From an uncultured bacterium (lineage in GTDB: Bacteria > Armatimonadota > HRBIN16): DNA of 51,012 nt. The notes beneath the pieces were generated by a model. The model did not search any database and had not been told where the DNA came from. It worked only from the letters and a program-made list of their open reading frames with translations. The position numbers and the translations under genes were made by a program. Shown here piece by piece: positions 38,202 to 47,413 of the stretch. The first letter of the stretch is position 1. Each line of letters opens with the position of its first letter. Location of the stretch: positions 11,153 to 62,164 of the forward strand of contig CAZFLA010000008.1 of assembly GCA_964519405.1 (NCBI GenBank), written 5' to 3'.

Positions 38202-38332
38202 GCCACGGGTTTAGTCACCCACACGACTACGTTCCGGGAGCTGACGCTCCGGGAACTGCGTTTCGTGCGGGTTCCTGCACCGCGCGGCTCATCATTAGCG
38301 GCCGGTGTCGCTGCGCTCCGACCGGCGCAGTG
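38202..38332 (+). repeat. 130-nt three-hairpin element, copy 1 (candidate structured RNA or REP/MITE-like repeat)
   Basis: Homologous to 42862-42989. Hairpins lie at 38231-38256, 38264-38286 and 38301-38326. Confidence 0.75.
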
Positions 38333-38546
38333 ATACCAAAGCGCCCTGTGTCTTGGGACACCGATGTTTCCATGTTGCTTGTATGGAGCCATTCATTGAC
38401 ATTTACCCATATCCGCTGCACTGCAGCCAGCATGTGAATGTTATTTTGCAAGTGGCTCTGTTGAATGACGTTTCTATGTAGGCTGCGTTTATATAATTCT
38501 ATAATGCCGAGTTGTGTTATGTCTGCATTGACACTGCGTGTTGAAT

Positions 38547-38584
38547 CAAAAACCGACCAGCCGCATCGATGGCGACTGGCCGGT
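38547..38584 (-). terminator. Rho-independent terminator after the 334-aa gene
   Basis: Minus-strand reading: accggccagtcgc-catcgat-gcggctggtcggt (includes G-U pairs), followed by ttttgatt. Confidence 0.6.
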
Positions 38585-38605
38585 TCACGTATGAGCCAAG
38601 TGTGA

Positions 38606-39610
38606 CTACTTAGTCTTCTTGACAGGGGCTTTCTTAACGGCTGGCTTTACAGCTTTTTTCACCGCCGGTTTGGCGGCAGGTGCGCTTTTTACGGCAGCTG
38701 GCTTTGTCGCCGCATTGAACTGCTCCGCCGTCATGGATGTAATAATCGCCTGCATTTTAGTGTCAACCTGAACATCCTGTGCTGGCGTGGTGCCCTGTGC
38801 GGGAACACCCATGTTCATCGTCATGTTGATGTCACCATTTCCGCCTACAGTTAGACCTGTAGCAACATCAATCATGGTGACCATATCAATGGTGCCATTG
38901 CCAGATAACTTCATAGCGCCTGCTGCAGGATTGCTTTGAGCTGCAGCTTCAAGAACCTTACTCATGTCAAGCTGTCCCTTACTTCGGATGCTTGCAATCT
39001 GCTTGCCTGCCACATTTTCCACTTTTTCCAAGGTGTTGGTCAGCTTCATCATGGGGCCTTCTGCCTTCGGCAGAGCAAAATCGGTATCCCAGCTTTCGCC
39101 AACCTTAATAGGTGACTTCGGGAAATAGGTCATACCCGATTGTTTCATCATGCTGTTAAGGTCCATTTGGTTAGGCAGGTTGGGTACACTGGTATGGTCC
39201 ATAGATAGTATCTCTAGCGGCTGGCCGTATTCATTAATCTTCATCGTTACGCCGATTTTCATGTTTTGCAGCGGCGTCGGCACTGTTTGGTTATTCATCA
39301 CCATTTTGCCGTATGAAATAGTGGTCTTTGCCGTGTATACGTTGGATGCATCTTTGGCGAGATACTCCGTATTATTATACGTTTCCATGTTCATTGCATA
39401 GGCCATTGTTTGTCCATCCATGGTCGTCACAATGTTGCCTTTAATGGCTATGCCTAGCAGTGACTTAGCGCCAGCGGGAACATTCAATTTTAACTGGTAG
39501 GCAGCGTCCGATGTTGTGTTGGCGGGAGCTGTCTCTTGAGCGGACAGCACCATGGGACAGACAGCCATTGCGGCACACATCAGTGTCACCGTCTTTGTGA
39601 AAAGGTGCAT
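38606..39610 (-). CDS. Secreted protein with Lys/Ala/Pro-rich basic C-terminal tail (paralog A)
   Basis: Signal peptide ...CPMVLSA/QE. The body is paralogous to 40019-41005 (for example MTYFPKSPIKVGESWDT versus LSVYPEKPVKAGDSWQS). The tail is KPAAVKSAPAAKPAVKKAVKPAVKKAPVKKTK. Confidence 0.75.
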   Translation of the reverse strand: MHLFTKTVTLMCAAMAVCPMVLSAQETAPANTTSDAAYQLKLNVPAGAKSLLGIAIKGNIVTTMDGQTMAYAMNMETYNNTEYLAKDASNVYTAKTTISYGKMVMNNQTVPTPLQNMKIGVTMKINEYGQPLEILSMDHTSVPNLPNQMDLNSMMKQSGMTYFPKSPIKVGESWDTDFALPKAEGPMMKLTNTLEKVENVAGKQIASIRSKGQLDMSKVLEAAAQSNPAAGAMKLSGNGTIDMVTMIDVATGLTVGGNGDINMTMNMGVPAQGTTPAQDVQVDTKMQAIITSMTAEQFNAATKPAAVKSAPAAKPAVKKAVKPAVKKAPVKKTK

Positions 39611-39983
39611 GAAAGATCCTCCATATGATCTCTACTGCATTAAGGTGCTGCCGCAGTAGGTCGTTATTATTATCGTATCTTGGCAGTAAATTATACTGCC
39701 AAAGCTAACTTTTCTGCTCTGATCCAGCAGCCTAAAAATAGGACTGTATATATGTTACTTCCGTTTCCTAACAGAAGCTTTCTTTACAGGGATTCATTAT
39801 TACGCTGACAAGGGATTCGGGTTCTTTGGAATAATCCATCCGATGAGATGTGCGCATTTATCTTCAGTGTTGGCTGCAGCCGGATCATTTGCTCTGGCGA
39901 TATTGATACACAGTTAAGCACTGACAACAGCAATATGATGAACCTGTAAGGATATATACGCACGAAAATCCTAGAGGTATTGG

Positions 39984-40012
39984 CTCACCTGGTGAGGACT
40001 TCACCAGGTGAG
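39984..40012 (-). terminator. Perfect 12-bp hairpin immediately downstream of paralog B
   Basis: ctcacctggtga-ggact-tcaccaggtgag. There is no clear U tract, so terminator function is uncertain. Confidence 0.4.
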
Positions 40013-40018
40013 TTGTGA

Positions 40019-41005
40019 TTACTTCTTAACAGGCTTTTTAACGGGTTTCTTGGTGACAGTGGCTTTCTTCGCGGTGGTGGTCTTCTTTGCGGCTGGTTTG
40101 GCTGTGGCTTTCGTGGTTGCCTTTACTTCCGGTTTCTGCGTCACGATTTCTGATGACGCGACATTTCCTGTGAATGCCATCGAAAGTTTTATGTTTGCTT
40201 CCTCACCGTCGATTTGGCCAGCAACATTGATATCTGTGTTGATATCGATGGTGGAGTCGAGTGTCATGCCCGTAGCTAGGTCGACGCTGCTGGTACTGTT
40301 GCCAGTAAGTGTGCCTGTAAGGTTCAGCCCTTGGGGTAGACTTGCCGCTTCACTGAGGGATTTTGTTAGGTCAACGACAAACTTGGTGTTAATGCGTGCA
40401 ATCTTCTTGTCGCCAGAATCGTCAACAGATTCCAGAACATTGGTGGCAGTGACTTTACCGTTAGCTGTACTTGGCATGATTACTGCTGATTGCCAGCTAT
40501 CGCCAGCTTTTACGGGTTTCTCAGGATATACAGAAAGACCGCTTTGGCCCATGAGGTTGTTCATAAAGTTTTGTATGTTGGCATTTGGCATTAACTTCTG
40601 AACGGATTCAATTCCCGAACCAGAGACCAAGGCACCCATAGGGTTCATTTTAAACTGCATCGTGTAACTGGAAGCAGGGGGGATGCTTACCGGAGATCCG
40701 TTGGCGGTGATACTCAAACCTTCGAATGTGTATTTGAATTCGGTGTTCTTGTCTGCATCAACATTAATAACATTTTGTCGCATGGACATTGTCATTTGAA
40801 CATCAAAAGGCTGTGGTTGTAGGTTATCTTTCGTCATGATGGTTCCTTGGCCTGCGATGACCGACTTTACTCGGTAGGCAGAACCAACTTTAGGGGCCAA
40901 ACGGAGAAGATAGCCAGCTGAAGGGGTGACTTGTGATATTGCAGGAGCACACACTATGGCGCTAAATGAGGCCATAGCTAAAAACCGTGAAACAGACTGC
41001 TTCAT
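40019..41005 (-). CDS. Secreted protein with Lys/Thr/Ala/Pro-rich basic C-terminal tail (paralog B)
   Basis: Signal peptide MKQSVSRFLAMASFSAIVCAPAIS/QV. The tail is KPEVKATTKATAKPAAKKTTTAKKATVTKKPVKKPVKK. Confidence 0.75.
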   Translation of the reverse strand: MKQSVSRFLAMASFSAIVCAPAISQVTPSAGYLLRLAPKVGSAYRVKSVIAGQGTIMTKDNLQPQPFDVQMTMSMRQNVINVDADKNTEFKYTFEGLSITANGSPVSIPPASSYTMQFKMNPMGALVSGSGIESVQKLMPNANIQNFMNNLMGQSGLSVYPEKPVKAGDSWQSAVIMPSTANGKVTATNVLESVDDSGDKKIARINTKFVVDLTKSLSEAASLPQGLNLTGTLTGNSTSSVDLATGMTLDSTIDINTDINVAGQIDGEEANIKLSMAFTGNVASSEIVTQKPEVKATTKATAKPAAKKTTTAKKATVTKKPVKKPVKK

Positions 41006-41092
41006 GAGCAGACACCTCTTAATAAAATGATTCGCTTAATTGTACCTCAGATTTATGTGGTTGGTATGTAAAAATGGTAGACATATATGGTT

Positions 41093-41836
41093 CTACGATG
41101 CTTCGATGACGCTTATATATGTGATCGTATCAACGTCAACAAGCTCACAGCCATAAGCATCGATGAAGCAACGGTCGTATTTGTCGGTATGCAGGTTGTA
41201 GTGAAGGCTCCACAGCCCCCAGTAGAGATCATAGTGACGGTCGCCTACACCGGCATCGCCCACGTCAATAATAGCATTGAATTTCCATTTATTAATGATG
41301 ATATTCGGCAGGCAGTAGTCGCCGTGTATTAGTGTGGTATCTGAAATTCGTTGTTGAAGGTGAGCGCACGCCTCTTCAATTTGAGACAGCTCCTGCTGAG
41401 CCTTGCCGGTGCTGTTTTGAAGGCGCGTTAGCTTATCTGACGCCTGTTGAACAATCTGATGTGTGAGGTTACGGAAAGGGCATTGCTGCGTTGGCAGCTC
41501 ATGTAGGCCGCGAAGGCTTTCGCCATATAGGGCAGCTAGTCTTTCAGGGTGTTTGACGTGGCTGGGATGTGTGCCGTCTTCACCTTCAGCCGCTTGAACT
41601 AGCAGATAGTCGTATCCCTCATGGCTTTCATAACTGATTGCTTCTGGTGACATACCATGTTGGTAAAGATATGCATACATGGTTGCCTCATGCTGAAGCG
41701 AATGAAGAGCCGCCTGCTTAAGGTAGACCGGCTGTTTGCCGTCAATAAACCATACACGTGCGATATCGCTGCAGTGGCTGTTATATATATCTGCATCGCA
41801 TAAATACCCGAAGATCGACTGAGGCAGATCAGGCAT
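41093..41836 (-). CDS. Aminoglycoside 3'-phosphotransferase-like kinase (APH family)
   Basis: Brenner/APH motif HGDYCLPNIIIN and IDVGDAGVGDRHYDL. The N-terminus LPQSIFGYL resembles APH(3') WVERLFGY. I chose the Met at 41836, because the ORF-track start at 41926 lies inside a hairpin. Confidence 0.75.
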   Translation of the reverse strand: MPDLPQSIFGYLCDADIYNSHCSDIARVWFIDGKQPVYLKQAALHSLQHEATMYAYLYQHGMSPEAISYESHEGYDYLLVQAAEGEDGTHPSHVKHPERLAALYGESLRGLHELPTQQCPFRNLTHQIVQQASDKLTRLQNSTGKAQQELSQIEEACAHLQQRISDTTLIHGDYCLPNIIINKWKFNAIIDVGDAGVGDRHYDLYWGLWSLHYNLHTDKYDRCFIDAYGCELVDVDTITYISVIEAS

Positions 41837-41881
41837 CGGCTCGGTATATGGTGTACGCCGCACTAAAGTAACCTCGTATAT

Positions 41882-41920
41882 CGCGACACCCCGGTGTATT
41901 GCATATCCCGGGGTGTCGCG
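41882..41920 (-). terminator. Strong 13-bp hairpin, possibly the orphaned original groEL terminator
   Basis: cgcgacaccccgg-N13-ccggggtgtcgcg, 46 nt downstream (minus strand) of the groEL-tail remnant. The U tract is weak. Confidence 0.4.
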
Positions 41921-41965
41921 GCACACATAGCGTGTATGTCAGCAGTATCTGTTAATGCGAAACGA

Positions 41966-42035
41966 CATATCGTATCTGCCTGCGCCGCCTGCTGGCATTT
42001 CTGGAGCAGGAAACACAGCTTTTGGCTTCTCAACG
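41966..42035 (-). pseudogene. Remnant copy of the groEL 3' end (last ~23 codons)
   Basis: 70 bp align with 43947-44016. The first 38 nt have 2 mismatches, then about 10 nt diverge, then ttttggcttctcaacg is identical. The remnant translates to VEKPKAVFPAPEMPAGGAGRYDM, versus [23 protein letters not shown] in GroEL. The stop codon is lost. Confidence 0.75.
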
Positions 42036-42043
42036 TGGGCCTT

Positions 42044-42286
42044 CTATATCTCTATTTTTACTCTTGATTTTGGATACATCCAGTCGGTACTGTCGTTGCC
42101 CGCGTATATGCGGATTTTCGTGGAATCTGATATGTCAAGAGAGAATTCGGCAACCCCATTATAATCAGTGCGTTCTTTCCAATCTTCACGAAAACCAGAC
42201 AAAAGACCTTCTTTTTTCACCCATACTTCGACATTGTTTTTGCCGACGCCGTTACTGTCTGTTACGAGAACCGTCATATGAATCAT
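42044..42286 (-). CDS. Small stand-alone beta-sandwich-like protein (carboxypeptidase-regulatory-like pattern), hypothetical
   Basis: GGAGA SD lies 6 nt before the ATG. VLVTDSNGVGKNNVEVWV...TDYNGVAEFSL resembles CarboxypepD_reg-type small domains. This is a weak call. Confidence 0.4.
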   Translation of the reverse strand: MIHMTVLVTDSNGVGKNNVEVWVKKEGLLSGFREDWKERTDYNGVAEFSLDISDSTKIRIYAGNDSTDWMYPKSRVKIEI

Positions 42287-42668
42287 CGATGATCTCCATT
42301 TCATTTTATGCTAATGCAGTCGATATTCTAGTAGTTGGGTCGATAGTTGGTTGTATTAGGCGTTATTGTTGGTATTTTTACATACTTCGTTGGTAATGCA
42401 CTTTTGCGAACTATGGAACCAAGATTCTGTGATTCTTTGGCGCAAGTGGGTCTCGGTTGATATTTGGGTAGGAATACCCTCATGCAGCCTCGCTAAACAC
42501 ACACTCTTAAATCCGTTTAGCATAATATTGAATATATCTTTACGATATCATGTTGTCAAGGCTGAACAACGCATAATAGAAAGGAAAATACCTATCGATA
42601 TTAATGATTTATATATAGTAAGTGCGCCAATTGGGTAGACAATAGATCCAATCGCAAAACAGCTATTA

Positions 42669-42692
42669 GGCCGCGGGTTTAGTCACCCACAC
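42669..42692. repeat. Short dispersed motif, copy 3 of 4
   Basis: gccgcgggtttagtcacccacacga, identical to the start of the 42862 element. Confidence 0.8.
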
Positions 42693-42861
42693 GATGTTGT
42701 AGTTCAGACGATGATGCGGATCGCTGCTGCCTAACCAACGCCCGCCGGAACTCGGGCCGGTATTTATCAGCGATGGGTGACAGTATCCGTAACGGGACAC
42801 CGTCACAGACGATGTCACGGACAGGCCACCGAACCCATCGCCATAGGCATATGGTAACAGT

Positions 42862-42989
42862 GCCGCGGGTTTAGTCACCCACACGACTACATTCCGGGAG
42901 CTGATGCTCCAGGAACTGCGTTTCGTGCGGGTTCCTGCACCGCACGGCTTAACAATTACGGCCGGCGTCGCTTCACTCCGGCCGGCGCA
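42862..42989 (+). repeat. 130-nt three-hairpin element, copy 2
   Basis: Aligns over its whole length with 38202-38332. Hairpins lie at 42891-42916, 42924-42946 and 42961-42986. Confidence 0.75.
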
Positions 42990-43086
42990 TGGATGCCACT
43001 TCATTACCGTTAGGAAGGTACACATGTATCTGATGATTGGTGTGTTGTGCATCAATGCTCACGCTGTGATTCATCTCCCATACTAG

Positions 43087-43852
43087 CTCGTACCAGAATA
43101 TGCCAGATGATACCCATTCGCGTATATTCGCGTTCATCCGCGGTTTGGATTCCTGAGAACACTGACGCAGATGACACAAATGAACGCTAATGAACGCAGA
43201 TAATCTGCAGCCCATCTTCTGGAACCTAATATATTCAGCTCCGCCCATGCTGTGTCGCACCAGAATATGCCATATGATTCCCATCCGCGTATATCCGCGT
43301 TCATCCGCGGTTAAGATTCCTGAGAACACTAACGCAGATGACACAAATGAACGCTAATGAACACAGATAATCTGCAGCGCGTCCCATGGGACCTAACATA
43401 TTCCGCTCCGCCCATGTTGTGTCGCACCAGAATTTGTCAGATGATTCCCATTCGCGTATATTCGCGTTCATCCGCGGTTTGGATTCCTGAGAACACTGAC
43501 GCAGATGACACAAATGAACGCTAATGAACGCAGATAATCTGCAGCCCATCTTCTGGAACCTAATATATTCAGCTCCGCCCATGCTGTGTCGCACCAGAAT
43601 ATGCCATATGATTCCCATCCGCGTATATCCGCGTTCATCCGCGGTTAAGATTCCTGAGAACACTAACGCAGATGACACAAATGAACGCTAATGAACACAG
43701 ATAATCTGCAGCGCGTCCCATGGGACCTAACATATTCCGCTCCGCCCATGTTGTGTCGCACCAGAATTTGTCAGATGATTCCCATTCGCGTATATCCGCG
43801 TTCATCCGCGGTTTGGTTTCCCGAGAACACTAACACAGATGACACAAATGAG
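43087..43852. repeat. 167-bp tandem element, locus 2 (4.6 units, A-B-A-B-A pattern with a perfect 334-bp higher-order repeat)
   Basis: Unit starts are at 43087, 43254, 43421, 43588 and 43755, exactly 167 bp apart. The B units 43254-43420 and 43588-43754 read identically. Confidence 0.92.
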
Positions 43853-43860
43853 CCAAATGC

Positions 43861-43892
43861 AAAAAGCCCCGGGTGGATATATCCACCCGGGG
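43861..43892 (-). terminator. Rho-independent terminator of groEL
   Basis: Perfect palindrome ccccgggtggat-at-atccacccgggg. The minus-strand reading is followed by cttttt. Confidence 0.8.
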
Positions 43893-43943
43893 ATTTACCT
43901 GCGGGCTTAGCCGCAGGTGCGGAAACCCTCTGCTGACGCAGAG

Positions 43944-45886
<1,943 letters not shown>

Positions 45887-45943
45887 CGCTGTTACCTCCT
45901 TATCGGTTTCGGGATATCCCGGTTGGTTGTGTCATTAAATATG

Positions 45944-45970
45944 TTAGCACTCTCTGCGTCTGAGTGCCAA
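45944..45970 (-). promoter_or_regulatory. CIRCE operator (HrcA binding site)
   Basis: TTAGCACTC-N9-GAGTGCCAA versus the consensus TTAGCACTC-N9-GAGTGCTAA (one mismatch), located in the groES 5' leader. Confidence 0.9.
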
Positions 45971-45975
45971 TAAAA

Positions 45976-46004
45976 TATATACCATGGGTATCCACATGAG
46001 TCAA
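45976..46004 (-). promoter_or_regulatory. Sigma-70-type promoter of groESL
   Basis: Minus-strand reading is TTGACT, 17 nt, TATATA. CIRCE starts a few nt downstream of the -10. Confidence 0.7.
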
Positions 46005-46028
46005 GTGTTATCAAGTAAATTGTAGATT

Positions 46029-46358
46029 TTATTGTTCGGATGCGTTGTTTGCCTCTTGGAGCCTGCGTGACTTTATGTTGTGCCGCAGCATGATGAGTAA
46101 ACTCACGATATAAAGCAGTGCTGGCAACCCGAAGATGAGATGGTTGTGAAAATCAGGAAGACAGAGAATGCAACTTAGTATCGGAACCACTAGTGAACTA
46201 TAAACAGCCCAACGTTGCTTGCATATGAAGCCGACGATCGGCACTATGACTAGTGCAGCCGCAACGAATAGGATCTTGTTGTGTGTCATATCATAAAAGA
46301 CTAAATACGGTAAGCAAGACAGTATCCATAACACTGCTGACACCACTTTATGCGCCAT
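46029..46358 (-). CDS. Small membrane protein (3-4 helices), hypothetical
   Basis: 109 aa and almost entirely hydrophobic segments (VLWILSCLPYLVFY, FVAAALVIVPIVGFI, SLVVPILSCILCL, LPALLYIVSLLIML). Confidence 0.5.
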   Translation of the reverse strand: MAHKVVSAVLWILSCLPYLVFYDMTHNKILFVAAALVIVPIVGFICKQRWAVYSSLVVPILSCILCLPDFHNHLIFGLPALLYIVSLLIMLRHNIKSRRLQEANNASEQ

Positions 46359-46510
46359 GAAACCATACCCCCATTATCGATTTGACGGTCGTTATTATAG
46401 TCATACGTGGAATAACAACGGTTATTTCCGACTGCATTATCTTCAGTTTATAACGGATGGCAGCAATATGGGGGTGTTTATACGGTATGAGGTTTCATGG
46501 GATGTATTTA

Positions 46511-46722
46511 TATGTCGACGAAATGGCGATTCGTCGACATTGCATAGGTGATATGTCGATGGTGTCGACATATTGGATGCAACATGTCGATAAAACTCGA
46601 TTTCGTCGACATTATATGGGTGATATGTCGATGGTGTCGACATATCGAGTGCGACATGTCGATAAAACTCCATTTCGTCGACATTACCTAGCGCATATGC
46701 CGACCCCCTCGACATATGCGAT
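46511..46722. repeat. Three tandem 72-bp units rich in GTCGA(C/T) boxes, each with a 23-bp palindrome ATATGTCGA-N5-TCGACATAT
   Basis: Unit starts are at 46511, 46583 and 46655. The palindromes lie at 46551-46573, 46623-46645 and 46695-46717 (the last has one mismatch and a ccccc spacer). Confidence 0.9.
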
Positions 46723-46780
46723 ACCCGTTAGGAAACGGAATGAAGGCGCCACACGGTAAAATGAGGTTAGTAGAGAAGGT

Positions 46781-47413
46781 ATGGGAGGCTGTTTTGTGAA
46801 ACGGTTCGTCATTGGTATCACAGGGGCGAGCGGATCGATATATGCCGCGCGCTTAATAAACTTGTTGTCACCCTTATGTGAACAACTTCTGGTGGTGGCT
46901 ACCAGCACTGCTCATAAAGTGTGCGCGTATGAGCTGCCGAACGGCAACCCTCTTGACTCCGTGAACCTTCCGGTCAATGCGACACTCTATCAAAATGATG
47001 ATCTGTTTGCGTCGCCGGCTAGCGGAAGCTTCCAGCACGATGGAATGGTGATCATCCCATGCAGTATGGGCACCGCCGGCAAGATTGCTCATGGTATCGC
47101 TGATAATCTGCTTGTTCGGGCGGCTGATGTGACTTTGAAGGAAAGGCGTCCGCTAATTATCGTGCCTAGGGAGACACCATTCAACCTGGTGCACCTTAGG
47201 AACCTCACTGCGTTAGCTGAGGCCGGTGCCTGCATTCTTCCGGCTAGTCCGAGTTTCTATGGGCCGTCAAACAGCGTGAATGAACTTGTAGACTCTGTTG
47301 TAAATCGCGTGCTATGCCAACTCCACTGCGTTCCCCCGCAGATGTACGAGTGGGGCGTTGATGATGAAAGGGAGATAGATAATGATACATGCAGAAAACC
47401 CGAAAGTGAGTGA
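46781..47413 (+). CDS. ubiX: Flavin prenyltransferase UbiX/Pad1
   Basis: ITGASGSIYAARL and PCSMGTAGKIAHGIADNLLVRAADVTLKERRPLIIVPRETP are characteristic UbiX blocks. The start may be the GTG at 46796, 7 nt after GGGAGG. Confidence 0.85.
   Translation: MGGCFVKRFVIGITGASGSIYAARLINLLSPLCEQLLVVATSTAHKVCAYELPNGNPLDSVNLPVNATLYQNDDLFASPASGSFQHDGMVIIPCSMGTAGKIAHGIADNLLVRAADVTLKERRPLIIVPRETPFNLVHLRNLTALAEAGACILPASPSFYGPSNSVNELVDSVVNRVLCQLHCVPPQMYEWGVDDEREIDNDTCRKPESE

Noticed and set aside
38202-42989. Diversity-generating retroelement template/variable repeat pair
   Set aside because: Differences between the two 130-nt copies are mostly transitions at G/C and T positions, not adenine-specific. There is no reverse transcriptase ORF, and neither copy lies at the 3' end of a target gene.
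42973-43678. Two minus-strand ORFs (123 and 125 aa) with identical N-terminal 77 aa, plus ORFs 37804-38160 and 43691-43936, considered as real genes
   Set aside because: They lie entirely in the 167-bp array. The period is not a multiple of 3. The identity simply reflects the 334-bp duplication. No SD sites are present and the composition is low-complexity.
43087-43852. Possible CRISPR array, because of regularly spaced repeats
   Set aside because: The whole 167-bp unit repeats head to tail with no unique spacers. The unit is far longer than CRISPR repeats. No cas genes are in the window.
46443-46759. Overlapping 90-aa (minus) and 100-aa (plus) ORFs with internally repeated peptides
   Set aside because: They are artefacts of the 72-bp tandem repeat. 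72 is a multiple of 3, so both strands stay open. They are mutually exclusive, overlap each other, and lack SD sites.
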